Made by a program: the position numbers and the translations under genes. A stretch of DNA of 61,229 nucleotides, filler included. It is 7 parts of 7 records of this genome, joined end to end, with 100 filler letters (N's around TTAATTAATTAA, not from the genome) between each part and the next. Parts side by side here need not be neighbours in the genome. Positions count along the whole stretch, not along the records: positions 27,958 to 38,934 come from SRR2962707_2100; positions 39,035 to 54,181 come from SRR2962707_2101; 5 more parts are not named here. One strand, written 5' to 3'. The notes under the pieces are model-generated. The model ran no database searches and was not told where the DNA came from. It saw only the letters and a program-made list of their open reading frames with translations. Positions within the stretch are counted from its first letter, which is position 1; each line of letters starts with the position of its first letter. Shown piece after piece: positions 34,275 to 43,647 of the stretch.

Positions 34275-35023
34275 CAGTGCCCCTCCACCAGTTTGCGTAC
34301 CCAGCCGCTGCGGCGCTCCCGGCTCAGCACTTCGGCCCGGGCCCGCATCAGTACGTTGGCGGCGTACAGCAGCCACATGCCCAGCATGCTGATCAGCAGC
34401 GGGTACTTCATGGCCGGGTTGATGGAGGATTCGCTGAACAGGTTCAAGGTCGCCCCCTGATGCAGGGTGTTCAGCCACTCCACCGAATACTTCACGATCA
34501 CCACGTTGATCACCCCGACCAGGGCCAGCAACGAGGCGGCACGGGCGGCCTGGCGGGGATCACGGATGGCGGACTGCAACACCATCACGCCGAGATACAT
34601 GAACAGCAGGATCAGCATCGAGGTCAGGCGCGCGTCCCACTGCCAGTAGGTGCCCCAGGTGGGCTTGCCCCAGATCGCGCCGCTGATCAGGGACACCGCC
34701 GCCAGCACGGCACCGAACGGCGCCAGCGCCTTGAGCATGACCTCGGCCATTTTCATCCGCCAGACCAGGCACACCAGCCCGGCCACGCCCATGGCGATGT
34801 AGCCCATCAGGGCGCCGCTGGAAGCCGGGACATGCAGATAGATGATGCGATAGCTGTCACCCTGGTAACGCTCCACCGGCGCGTAGGCCAGCCCCCATAC
34901 CAGGCCGATGGCGAGAATGATCAGCGCCAGCGGCCACAGCCACGGCAGCACGGCATCGGCGAACCGGTAAAAGTAGCGGGGCGAGCCCAGTTGGTGATAC
35001 CAGCGTTTCAGAGTGTTCCACAT
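34274..35023 (-). CDS. ccmC: Heme exporter protein CcmC
   Basis: WWD-type motif WGKPTWGTYWQWDARLTS, plus YLHVP and NTLHQ. Confidence 0.96.
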   Translation of the reverse strand: MWNTLKRWYHQLGSPRYFYRFADAVLPWLWPLALIILAIGLVWGLAYAPVERYQGDSYRIIYLHVPASSGALMGYIAMGVAGLVCLVWRMKMAEVMLKALAPFGAVLAAVSLISGAIWGKPTWGTYWQWDARLTSMLILLFMYLGVMVLQSAIRDPRQAARAASLLALVGVINVVIVKYSVEWLNTLHQGATLNLFSESSINPAMKYPLLISMLGMWLLYAANVLMRARAEVLSRERRSGWVRKLVEGH

Positions 35024-35082
35024 AACTTCGACTCTATTTTTTTGTCGTCGGCCCCGGCGGTTGTCGTCATCGACCCCGGCGG

Positions 35083-35754
35083 TCAGTCTCCGGCGCTGAT
35101 ACGCAGGCCCATGGCCACCGCCAGTGGCCCCAGACTCAGCGCCAACGCCAGCAACGCGCCCAATACCGCCAGCAACCCCTGGGTGGGAGAGCCGTCCACG
35201 GCGGCGCGCACCACACCGGCGCCGAACACCAGCACCGGAACATAAAGCGGCAGAATCAGCAGCGCCAGCAAAATGCCGCCGCGATTCAGGCCCACGGTCA
35301 ACGCCGCGCCAATGGCGCCGATCACCGTCAGCGTCGGCGTTCCCAGCAGCACGCTGTAAGTCAGCGTGGCCAGGGCCGGCACCGGCAGCTGCATCATGTA
35401 GCCCAACAACGGCGCCATCAACGCCAGCGGCAAGCCGGTCAGCAGCCAGTGCGCCAGCAGCTTGGCCGAAACCGGCAGCACCGACACCACCGGCGCGGTC
35501 AGCATCTGATCCAGGGCACCGCTTTCCTGGTCACGGCGGAACAGCCCGTCCAGCGACAGCATCACCGCCAGCAGCGCCGCCACCCAGACCACACCCGGCG
35601 CCACCAGCGCCAGCAATTCCGGCTTCGGCGACAGCCCCAGCGGGAACAGGCTGACCACCACCATGAAAAAGAACAGCGGCTGCACCATATCCGCCGGGGA
35701 ACGCCAGATCAGGGTCAGTTCCCGGCGCAGGGTCGCCCACCAGGGTCCGCTCAT
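35083..35754 (-). CDS. ccmB: Heme exporter permease CcmB
   Basis: LFPLGLSP, APGVVWVAALLA and LILPLYVPVLVFG motifs. Confidence 0.95.
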   Translation of the reverse strand: MSGPWWATLRRELTLIWRSPADMVQPLFFFMVVVSLFPLGLSPKPELLALVAPGVVWVAALLAVMLSLDGLFRRDQESGALDQMLTAPVVSVLPVSAKLLAHWLLTGLPLALMAPLLGYMMQLPVPALATLTYSVLLGTPTLTVIGAIGAALTVGLNRGGILLALLILPLYVPVLVFGAGVVRAAVDGSPTQGLLAVLGALLALALSLGPLAVAMGLRISAGD

Positions 35755-36356
35755 GCCGGCGCCTCCGTGCCCAGATGCAGCCGCCGCACATCATCGCCGA
35801 CCCGGTGGTGGGAGGTATACAGCACTAAAGTGCCGTTGCCGGCGGCATCGCGTATGCGCTGGTCCAGGCGCGTCACGCCGTTCTGGTCGATGGCGGTGTA
35901 GGGCTCGTCCAGCACCCACACTTTTTTCGGCGCCAGCCACAACCGCGCCAGCGCCACCCGGCGCTTCTGCCCGGCGGAGAGATGCGCCGCCGGCACGTCT
36001 TCGAAGCCGTACAGGTCCACCGCGTCCAGGGCCGCGTCCACGTCCCCCGGCTGGTTGTTCAGCGCGGCACTGAAACGCAGATTCTCACGGGCGGTCAACT
36101 CTTCACGCACGCCGGGCTGATGCCCCAGATAGAGCAAATCCGGCGCCAGCGGCGAATGCCAGCGCACCTGGCCTTCATAAAAACCGTGCAGCCCTACCAG
36201 AATCCGCAACAAAGTGGTCTTGCCCGCCCCGTTGGCGCCGGTAATCTGCCAGATCTCGCCGGCGCGGGCCTGGAACGCCAGATCACGGAACAGCACGCGC
36301 TCATCCCGTTCGCACTGGAGCTGCCGGACGGTCAGACGAAGGGAGTCACTGCTCAT
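35751..36356 (-). CDS. ccmA: Heme exporter ATPase CcmA
   Basis: Walker A GANGAGKTT, LSAGQKRRVALARL and LDEP. Confidence 0.95.
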   Translation of the reverse strand: MSSDSLRLTVRQLQCERDERVLFRDLAFQARAGEIWQITGANGAGKTTLLRILVGLHGFYEGQVRWHSPLAPDLLYLGHQPGVREELTARENLRFSAALNNQPGDVDAALDAVDLYGFEDVPAAHLSAGQKRRVALARLWLAPKKVWVLDEPYTAIDQNGVTRLDQRIRDAAGNGTLVLYTSHHRVGDDVRRLHLGTEAPA

Positions 36357-36463
36357 GGGGCTCCTGATCAGGAAATAACAGGCGTTGGGCTCGGTTCGGC
36401 GGCGCAGTATAGCATGTATTTCCGCTATGATTGGTGGGACAAAACAGCATACGGGGAGAGCCC

Positions 36464-36931
36464 ATGGGCATCGAAATCGAACGCAAATTCCTGGTCCGCG
36501 ACAGCGCCTTTCTCGACGCCCTCGACGGCGAGCGATTGACCCAGGGCTATCTCAGCCACGACAAGCGGGCCACGGTGCGTGTGCGGATCAAGGGCGGCAG
36601 CGCCTGGCTCACCATCAAGGGGGAAACCCACGGCGCCAGCCGTAGCGAATTCGAATACCCGATCCCGCCATGGGACGCCCGCGCCATGCTCGACGAACTG
36701 TGCGGCGAAGGCGTCATCGACAAAACCCGCTACCTGGTTCCCCACCAGGGCCACACCTGGGAAGTGGATGTCTTCCACGGCGACAACCAGGGCCTGATCG
36801 TCGCCGAACTGGAACTGGACCACGAAGACCAGACCTTCCCCCTGCCCCCGTGGATCGGCGACGAGGTCACCGGCGACCCGCGCTACTACAACAGCGCGCT
36901 GAGCAAAACCCCGCACAAACAAAGCAGTTAA
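36464..36931 (+). CDS. CYTH domain protein (triphosphate tunnel metalloenzyme)
   Basis: EIERKFLV, QGYL, EFEYPIP, KTRY, WEVDVF and VTGDPRYYNS motifs. Confidence 0.92.
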   Translation: MGIEIERKFLVRDSAFLDALDGERLTQGYLSHDKRATVRVRIKGGSAWLTIKGETHGASRSEFEYPIPPWDARAMLDELCGEGVIDKTRYLVPHQGHTWEVDVFHGDNQGLIVAELELDHEDQTFPLPPWIGDEVTGDPRYYNSALSKTPHKQSS

Positions 36932-37133
36932 TAGTTAAAAATGAACAACGAATAGTGCGCGAGAAGGGACAAGCGAAGCTGAAAGGCAAAGCGCCGCGCG
37001 CAACGGCTGAGCAAGTCCCTTGCCGCGGAAAACAAAATTTGAAACGTCATTTGCGAGTACGCAACCACCATTTGCGATACCGCAATCTTTCTGTTTTTTT
37101 AACTGTTCACTCTTAACTGTTCATTGTTCCCTG
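36925..37133. repeat. ~210-bp AT-richer element bounded by inverted tandem heptamer arrays
   Basis: Left arm CAGTTAA TAGTTAA AAATGAA CAACGAA TAGTGCG; right arm TTAACTG TTCACTC TTAACTG TTCATTG TTCCCTG. Confidence 0.7.
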
Positions 37134-37160
37134 CCTTTTCTTTGCTCTATTATGGTGCAT

Positions 37161-37219
37161 GCCCCAAGGACGACCTCGGGGCGCGGCGTTGAGCGCCGCC
37201 TGTTCCGGGGACGACCCCG
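37161..37219 (+). promoter_or_regulatory. Guanidine-II (mini-ykkC) riboswitch
   Basis: Two GC-rich hairpins with ACGA tetraloops (GCCCCAAGG-ACGA-CCTCGGGGC and CGGGG-ACGA-CCCCG) just upstream of the sugE RBS. Candidate -10 TATTAT at 37148-37153. Confidence 0.88.
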
Positions 37220-37238
37220 CCACGAAAAGGACCTCGTC

Positions 37239-37553
37239 ATGGCGTGGTATCTGCTGTTCCTCGCGGGTCTGCTGGAAACCGGCTGGGCCATCGGGCTCAA
37301 ATACACCGAAGGTTTCACCCGCCCGCTCCCGACCTTGCTCACCGTCACCGCCATGGCCATCAGCTTCTGGCTGTTGTCCACGGCGATGAAAACCCTGCCA
37401 GTAGGCACCGCCTACGCGGTGTGGACCGGCATCGGCGCCACCGGCGCGGTGATTCTCGGTATCGTGCTGTTCCAGGAACCGGCGACACCGGCCCGGTTGC
37501 TGTGCGTGGCCGCCATCGTCGGCGGCATCATCGGACTCAAGCTGATAGGTTGA
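37239..37553 (+). CDS. sugE: SMR-family guanidinium exporter SugE/Gdx
   Basis: [28 protein letters not shown] and [14 protein letters not shown]; guanidine riboswitch upstream. Confidence 0.93.
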   Translation: MAWYLLFLAGLLETGWAIGLKYTEGFTRPLPTLLTVTAMAISFWLLSTAMKTLPVGTAYAVWTGIGATGAVILGIVLFQEPATPARLLCVAAIVGGIIGLKLIG

Positions 37554-38463
37554 CCCGCCGGATGCCGGACAGGTTTTTGAAGCACAGTGCCTCGGCGGTC
37601 TCCATGAAGTCCTGAATAAAGGGCACCGTCTGATCCCCCTGGCGTACCGCGGCATACAAGGTGCGCCAGACCCCTTCCTCGCCCAGCCTCACGCTTTTCA
37701 CCAAACCCAGATCGAGATACTCGGTCAGCGCCCAGTTCGGCAGCGCCGCCACGCCACGACCAGCGGCCACCAACTGCACCATCATCGGCGTCAACTCGGC
37801 GGTGCGCACCGAGCCCGGCGCCACCCCGGCCGGGTCAAGGAAAGCGGTGAACACGTCCAGCCGTTCACGCTCCACCGGATAGGTGATCAAGGTCTGCTCC
37901 GCCAACGCCCCGGGCTCAATAAAGCGCCGCGCCGCCCATTCACTGTCACGCGCCACCGCCAACACCAGCTCATAGCGGAACAGCGGCAGGTAGCACACCA
38001 CCGGGTCGTCCACCGGGTCCGAGGTCACCACCATGTCCAGATCGCCCCGGGTCAGCGCGGTCAGCGGCTCGAAGCCGAAGGCGGCGGACAGATCCAGCTC
38101 CACTTCCGGCCAGTCCTCGCGGAACCGGTCCAGCGCCGGCATCAACCACTGGAAGCAGGAGTGGCATTCGATGGCGATGTGCAGACGGCCGCTGTCACCG
38201 GCGGAGAGCCGCTTCAATTCGGTCTCGGTTTTCTTCACCAGCGGCAGGATCTGCCGGGCCAGCGCCAGCAGGCGGCTGCCGGCGGTGGTGAACCGCACCG
38301 GCCGTGTGCGCCGCACGATCAGTTCCAACCCGAGCCGGTGCTCCAGATCCTTCAACTGATGGGACAGGGCGGACTGAGTGACATGCAGCCGCTCCGCGGC
38401 TTCCACCAGGGAGCCGGCATCGTCGATGGCCTGCAGGGTGCGCAGATGGCGCAGCTCCAACAT
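37537..38463 (-). CDS. metR: LysR-family regulator MetR
   Basis: LysR HTH (TQSALSHQ) and [14 protein letters not shown]; divergent from metE. Confidence 0.94.
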   Translation of the reverse strand: MLELRHLRTLQAIDDAGSLVEAAERLHVTQSALSHQLKDLEHRLGLELIVRRTRPVRFTTAGSRLLALARQILPLVKKTETELKRLSAGDSGRLHIAIECHSCFQWLMPALDRFREDWPEVELDLSAAFGFEPLTALTRGDLDMVVTSDPVDDPVVCYLPLFRYELVLAVARDSEWAARRFIEPGALAEQTLITYPVERERLDVFTAFLDPAGVAPGSVRTAELTPMMVQLVAAGRGVAALPNWALTEYLDLGLVKSVRLGEEGVWRTLYAAVRQGDQTVPFIQDFMETAEALCFKNLSGIRRVNLSA

Positions 38464-38506
38464 GAGATACCCTCATATTAAAGATTAGATATTTGATTTT
38501 GTCTCA
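38463..38506. promoter_or_regulatory. Two candidate MetR boxes (TGA-N7-TCA)
   Basis: TGAGATACCCTCA (38463-38475) and TGATTTTGTCTCA (38494-38506) in the metR-metE intergenic region; they resemble the TGAA-N5-TTCA consensus. Confidence 0.55.
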
Positions 38507-38565
38507 ACAGACAGTCCCACCACAATAGCGCCATTGAAATCCGACCGCATTCGAAAGGACCGATC

Positions 38566-38934
38566 ATGACCACCTTGCACAACCTGGGCTTCCCGCGCAT
38601 CGGCGCCCGCCGGGAATTGAAACAGGCACAGGAGGCCTACTGGGCCGGCACCTTACAGCAAAGCGAACTGGAACACGTTGGCCGCAGTCTGCGCGAACGG
38701 CACTGGGCCCTGCAGGCACAGGCCGGCATCGATCTGCTGCCGGTGGGCGACTTTGCCTGGTACGACCAGATTCTGGAATTCTCCTGCCTGCTCGGCGTGG
38801 TGCCGGCACGCTTCGGCCAGGACGCCGATGCCGACGTGGATCTGGACACCCTGTTTCGCATGGCCCGTGGCCGCGCGCCCACCGGCACCCCGGCGGCCGC
38901 CTGCGAAATGACCAAGTGGTTCGACACCAACTAC
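38566..38934 (+). CDS. metE: Cobalamin-independent methionine synthase, 5' fragment
   Basis: [24 protein letters not shown] and [10 protein letters not shown]; truncated by spacer. Confidence 0.95.
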
Positions 38935-39034
38935 NNNNNNNNNNNNNNNNNNNNNNNNNNNNNNNNNNNNNNNNNNNNTTAATTAATTAANNNNNNNNNN
39001 NNNNNNNNNNNNNNNNNNNNNNNNNNNNNNNNNN
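38935..39034. other. Artificial contig spacer
   Basis: N44-TTAATTAATTAA-N44. Confidence 0.98.
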
Positions 39035-39035
39035 C

Positions 39036-39329
39036 AACGCCATGCTGGCGACCAAGTTTGATGACATTTCCATTGTCCCGACCTTTGTGCTTACTCCGCT
39101 AACGTACCTTGGGGGTGTGTTCTACAGCATCGACATGCTGCCGTCGTTCTGGCAGGGCGTGTCCATGGCGAATCCGATCCTGTATATGGTTAACGGTTTT
39201 CGCTTCGGCATACTGGGTGTTTCGGACGTTAATCCGTTCGTGTCTCTTGGTATGATTCTGGTTTTCATCGTCTTGCTGGCGGCGGTAGCCTTGCGCATGC
39301 TTGCCCGTGGCAAGGGCATTCGACACTGA
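39036..39329 (+). CDS. yadH: ABC-2 transporter permease (YadH-like), 3' fragment
   Basis: FDDISIVPTFVLTPLTYLGGVFYSI and NPILYMVNGFRFG. Confidence 0.85.
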   Translation, partial: NAMLATKFDDISIVPTFVLTPLTYLGGVFYSIDMLPSFWQGVSMANPILYMVNGFRFGILGVSDVNPFVSLGMILVFIVLLAAVALRMLARGKGIRH

Positions 39330-39347
39330 TTCAATTCCGGAACTGAT

Positions 39348-40166
39348 ATGGCTCTTGATAACGCGCCACTGGGCAAGTCCAGTGAATACCCTGATCAGTA
39401 TGATCCGTCTCTGCTGTTCCCGGTGGCCCGGGAAGAAAACCGCCGGCGAATCGGCCTGGACGATGGTCGCTGGCCCTGGTTTGGTGAGGACATGTGGCAG
39501 GCGTGGGAAATCTCCTGGCTGAAGCCTGGCGGTGTACCGGCCGTGGCCTGGGGAGAAATCCGGTTTCCTGCGGCATCGCCTGCCATTATTGAGAGCAAAT
39601 CCCTGAAGTTGTACCTGAACTCTCTGAATCAGGCGGTGTTCTCGTCTCCGGATCAAGTGGCCGAGACCATTACCCAGGATCTTTCGAGTGCCTGTGGCGC
39701 AGCGGTGGATGTGACACTTCTGAGTGTGGATGACTCAGCGCCTGCAATCGGCCGGCCCGAAGGATACGAGTTGATCGATGATGAAACGCTAGAGCAGGTG
39801 GCCTACGACTATGCGCCTGAGTCGCTGACAACCAGCGAGCCGGTGGTCAGTGAAGGCTTGTGTTCACATCTTCTGAAAAGCAACTGTCCAGTGACCGGCC
39901 AACCCGACTGGGCCACGGTACTGATTCGCTATTCCGGGAGGAAGATTGATCGGGCAGGGTTGCTGCGCTATATCGTGAGCTTCCGTCAGAAACAGGATTT
40001 TCACGAACATTGTGTTGAAACCATCTTTACTGACATGATGGCGAGGTGTCAGCCAGAATCCTTGATGGTGTGCGCCCGTTACACCCGGCGTGGTGGCCTG
40101 GATATCAACCCCTGGCGCAGCACGTGTGCTGAAGACGGTCCGGGGCCGCGGCTGGTTAGGCAGTAG
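39348..40166 (+). CDS. queF: NADPH-dependent 7-cyano-7-deazaguanine reductase QueF (type II)
   Basis: IIESKSLKLYLNS, LLKSNCPVTGQPDW, FHEHCVE and YTRRGGLDINP motifs. Confidence 0.96.
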   Translation: MALDNAPLGKSSEYPDQYDPSLLFPVAREENRRRIGLDDGRWPWFGEDMWQAWEISWLKPGGVPAVAWGEIRFPAASPAIIESKSLKLYLNSLNQAVFSSPDQVAETITQDLSSACGAAVDVTLLSVDDSAPAIGRPEGYELIDDETLEQVAYDYAPESLTTSEPVVSEGLCSHLLKSNCPVTGQPDWATVLIRYSGRKIDRAGLLRYIVSFRQKQDFHEHCVETIFTDMMARCQPESLMVCARYTRRGGLDINPWRSTCAEDGPGPRLVRQ

Positions 40167-40175
40167 CAGGCTCGG

Positions 40176-41615
40176 CTATTCGGTATCGTCTTCCTGACGC
40201 AGTCGGTCGGCTGCGTCTTCGAGGGCGCTGAGTATGGCTTTGCGCTCCCGTTCGGTGACCTTATCGGAATCCAGGTACATGGCAAAGCCGCTGTGTTCGT
40301 GTTCCAGGAAGCTACGGTGAGGCCCCATGTCGCGCCGGAAATCCACCACCTCGTAGATGGGCACCGGCTTGCCAAAGCCTTTTACGGTAATCTCGCCCTT
40401 GTCCCGGCACATAATGCGGTCTTTGATCAGCGAGAAGGTCTCATACGACACCAGAATCTCGCCTGGTTCCGCCAGGGACTCCAGTCGGCTGGCGAGGTTC
40501 ACTTCCTTGCCGATAATGGTGTAATCCATCCGGTTTTCGGCGCCGAAGTTACCAACCGTGGTGTAGCCGGTACTGATGCCCATGCGGATTTCCAGGGGCG
40601 TCTTGATGCCCTGGCTGCGCCATTTCTGGCGCATGATCTTCATGTGTTTGCGCATCTCGATGGCCATGGACACACACGAGAACGCATCTTCTTTCTGGCC
40701 GCGACTGGTCGGATCGCCAAAGAACACCATGATGGAATCGCCGACAAACTTGTCGATGGTGCCGCCGTATTTCAGGGCGACCTCTGACATTTCGTTGAAG
40801 TAGTGATTCAGAAGCTCGGTAAGGGCTTCCGGCTCCATCTCCTCCGACAGTTCAGTAAAGCCTTTTATGTCTGAGAAAAACACTGCCAGTTTCTTGCGCT
40901 GGGTTTCAAGCCGAACATCCCGTTCCCCGGTAAAGATGGACTGCCAGACCTGAGGCGACAGGTATTTCGAGAGCTTGTGGGACAGGGCGATGGACTGTTC
41001 CCGCTGGTTCTGAATCTGGGTCTTTGCCAGCAGCAGGGCCCGGGCCTGCTGGTGTGAGTAATAGGCGGTAACGCAGATGTAGGTGCCTGTGGCCAAAATG
41101 GCGACGATGCTGGTGAGCAGGGGGGCTTCCAGATTGGCGGCGGTGCCGGTTGCCGCCACTGTGGCGGCCATGGCGGCAGACATGAGCGCTGTGCCGAACA
41201 ACCATTGCCTGACGCCGCCCACGATCAGACAGCTGAACATCAGCATCAGGACAACCGATACCGACGGAATGGCGATCAATCCAATCAAGCCAATAAAGCT
41301 GCCTCCGATTATGCAGTCGAGGAACAGCATTTTTTGCCGAATCCGGGCTGAACGTCGCAGGAAGGTTCGCCGTGTAAGCACGTGCGCGAGATGTGGCCAG
41401 ATCAGAGCGCCAGCCACCATCCAGAGAAGCAATTGGGGAAACACATTCTGAAGGACACCCGTGACAATAATGGCGGCAGTGGCGGTGTAGGCCAGTATCC
41501 GACCGTTGTAATCGGGCATCGGTGGAATCGCCACCGTGTGGTCGTAGATGTCGCCTTGCCCCAGCTTGCCGGTATTGCCGGTTACGCTGCGTAATTCAGC
41601 GGGTGCGCTCATCAT
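40176..41615 (-). CDS. cyaB: Membrane-bound class III adenylate cyclase (MASE2 + cyclase; Pseudomonas CyaB-like)
   Basis: N-terminal TM region, then YLSPQVW, FFSDIKGFT, GGTIDKFVGD, MDYTIIGKEVNLASRLE and VKG. Start approximate. Confidence 0.85.
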   Translation of the reverse strand: MMSAPAELRSVTGNTGKLGQGDIYDHTVAIPPMPDYNGRILAYTATAAIIVTGVLQNVFPQLLLWMVAGALIWPHLAHVLTRRTFLRRSARIRQKMLFLDCIIGGSFIGLIGLIAIPSVSVVLMLMFSCLIVGGVRQWLFGTALMSAAMAATVAATGTAANLEAPLLTSIVAILATGTYICVTAYYSHQQARALLLAKTQIQNQREQSIALSHKLSKYLSPQVWQSIFTGERDVRLETQRKKLAVFFSDIKGFTELSEEMEPEALTELLNHYFNEMSEVALKYGGTIDKFVGDSIMVFFGDPTSRGQKEDAFSCVSMAIEMRKHMKIMRQKWRSQGIKTPLEIRMGISTGYTTVGNFGAENRMDYTIIGKEVNLASRLESLAEPGEILVSYETFSLIKDRIMCRDKGEITVKGFGKPVPIYEVVDFRRDMGPHRSFLEHEHSGFAMYLDSDKVTERERKAILSALEDAADRLRQEDDTE

Positions 41616-41950
41616 TTTCAGAACCGGATCCTTCCGATAAGTATGTCGCGAAACATTCCCCAGTCTCCCATAAGGCAATAAACAGCCCACAAGACAACAC
41701 TCAGAGCAAGCTTGCACTCAATAAAATGAAAGCGGAGGCAGTCAGCGCCACTGTGATCATCCAGGTGGTCCGGGTAGAATTCTGCAAAGTTGCGAAATGC
41801 CCGCTGGTCGCTCATTGTATGTTGCCGGTTCTTTATAATTGTTGGTTTGAACTACGACTAAAGATTAACAGCATTACGTAGAACTCACAATTCATCGGGG
41901 CCGCTTCCGGCCCAACCGAAAATCATGCAACCAATCAACAGCGAGACTGT

Positions 41951-42532
41951 ATGAGTTCGATAACCCGTTTTATTCTGGATCGTGCTTCGGAGCCCCGTTT
42001 GCAGGCACCGGCACCACCGGTGTCTGTGGTTGATCAGGCCTTCCGGTGCGCGGCCCGGGCCCCGGATCATGCGTTGTTGAGGCCCTGGCGTTATCTCGTG
42101 ATAGAGGGGGAAGGCCTGGCAGCTCTGGGCGACCTGTTTGCTGAATGCTGCCCGCCGGACGCTTCTGATAAGGAGCGTGAGAAGGCCCGGAATGCTCCGG
42201 CTCGTGCACCCATGATTATTGTCGGTATTGCGTCGCCCCGTCATCATCCGAAGGTGCCGGAGGTGGAGCAAGTAATGTCGGCAGCGGCCGGTATGAGTTT
42301 TATCTCCCTGGCGCTGAATGATGCCGGCTACGGCGCCATGTGGCGAACCGGGCCTGTGGCTTATCATTCGTCGCTGCATGACGGTCTTGGGCTGCTGCCG
42401 GGCGAGTCCATTATCGGTTTCCTCTATACCGGTACCGTTGCCAGTGAGAAACCATCGGTGCCCCGGCCCGATACCAAAGAGTATGTCTCAAGGTGGGCCG
42501 CGCCAGGGCGCACTTCCCCCTGGCAAGTCTGA
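41951..42532 (+). CDS. Nitroreductase family protein (YdjA-like)
   Basis: RAPDHALLRPWR, RAPMII, GYGAMWRTG and IIGFLYTGT motifs. Confidence 0.9.
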   Translation: MSSITRFILDRASEPRLQAPAPPVSVVDQAFRCAARAPDHALLRPWRYLVIEGEGLAALGDLFAECCPPDASDKEREKARNAPARAPMIIVGIASPRHHPKVPEVEQVMSAAAGMSFISLALNDAGYGAMWRTGPVAYHSSLHDGLGLLPGESIIGFLYTGTVASEKPSVPRPDTKEYVSRWAAPGRTSPWQV

Positions 42533-42628
42533 GCCTCGATCAGCGGCAAGTCCGCCTGGGGAAACCCGTTGCCGCCCTCGTTGCGTTTAACCGGAATTTG
42601 CCGCTCATTTATTAGACAGCCCTCTTCG

Positions 42629-42653
42629 AAGCCCGCATTACAGCGGGCTTTTT
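42629..42653 (+). terminator. Rho-independent terminator after the nitroreductase
   Basis: AAGCCCGC-ATTACA-GCGGGCTT followed by a T run. Confidence 0.75.
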
Positions 42654-42659
42654 CAATTC

Positions 42660-42674
42660 TGGCACTCTGCTTGC
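42660..42674 (+). promoter_or_regulatory. Sigma-54 (-24/-12) promoter of the flgB operon
   Basis: TGGCAC-TCTGC-TTGC matches the consensus; about 75 bp upstream of flgB. Confidence 0.85.
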
Positions 42675-42748
42675 TTTAATCACTTCAGAACGCAAAACCG
42701 GCAAGTTCACAGGTTCAGCCTGGTCGGTGCAAAGATCTGGAGGCAGTA

Positions 42749-43147
42749 ATGGCTATTACATTCGACAAAGCGCTTGGTATTCATGAGCACGCGCTGCAGG
42801 CGCGGGTCAAGCGGGCCGAAGTGCTGGCGAACAACCTGGCAAATGCCGACACCCCGGGCTACAAGGCCCGCGACGTGGATTTCCAGGCGATGATGCAGAA
42901 GGCGCAGGATTCCATGACGGGCTTTGGTATGACCACGACCCACAGTGGTCATATGGACACCTCCAGCCCTGGCGCTGACGGCGAGCTGCTGTACCGTACC
43001 CCGCACCAGCCATCAATTGATGGCAATACCGTGGATGCGCAGGCCGAGCAGACCCGTTTCATGCGCAACGCCATGGATTACCAGGCCAGCTTCCAGTTCC
43101 TGAGTAGTCGGTTTTCCGGCCTGACCAAGGCGCTGAAGGGCGAATAG
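42749..43147 (+). CDS. flgB: Flagellar basal-body rod protein FlgB
   Basis: ANNLANADTPGYKARD and DGNTVD motifs. Confidence 0.96.
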   Translation: MAITFDKALGIHEHALQARVKRAEVLANNLANADTPGYKARDVDFQAMMQKAQDSMTGFGMTTTHSGHMDTSSPGADGELLYRTPHQPSIDGNTVDAQAEQTRFMRNAMDYQASFQFLSSRFSGLTKALKGE

Positions 43148-43180
43148 GCCGCAGTCCGTACGAGATTGAAGGAGATTGTC

Positions 43181-43630
43181 ATGTCACTGGGTAACATTTT
43201 CGACATCGCCGGTTCCGGCATGACCGCACAGTCACTGCGGCTCAACACCACCGCGTCTAACATTGCCAACGCAGAAACCGCCAGTTCGAGCACGGATACA
43301 ACGTACCGTGCCCGCAAACCGGTGTTTGCCGCTATTCAGCAGGCCATGCTGAACCCTGATCAGCAGGGATTTGGTATGGGTTCCGAAGAGGGGGCCGGGG
43401 CAGGTGTTCGCGTTGAGGGGATTGTCGAGAGCGATGCAGAACTGCAGATGCGCTATGAGCCGAATCACCCTGCCGCGAACGAGGAAGGGTACGTTTATTA
43501 CCCCAACGTGAACGTGGTTGAGGAAATGGCGGACATGATGTCGTCGTCCCGCAGTTTTCAGATGAATGTGGATGTCATGAACACCGCCAAATCCATGATG
43601 CAGCGAATTCTGACACTGGGTCAGCAGTAA
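43181..43630 (+). CDS. flgC: Flagellar basal-body rod protein FlgC
   Basis: ASNIANAET and YEPNHPAAN..GYVYYPNVN motifs. Confidence 0.96.
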   Translation: MSLGNIFDIAGSGMTAQSLRLNTTASNIANAETASSSTDTTYRARKPVFAAIQQAMLNPDQQGFGMGSEEGAGAGVRVEGIVESDAELQMRYEPNHPAANEEGYVYYPNVNVVEEMADMMSSSRSFQMNVDVMNTAKSMMQRILTLGQQ

Positions 43631-43647
43631 CAAGTGAGGATTAAGCC

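Noticed and set aside
36464-41615. CYTH protein and class III adenylate cyclase as a linked cyclic-nucleotide system
   Set aside because: They are on different contigs, probably from different organisms.
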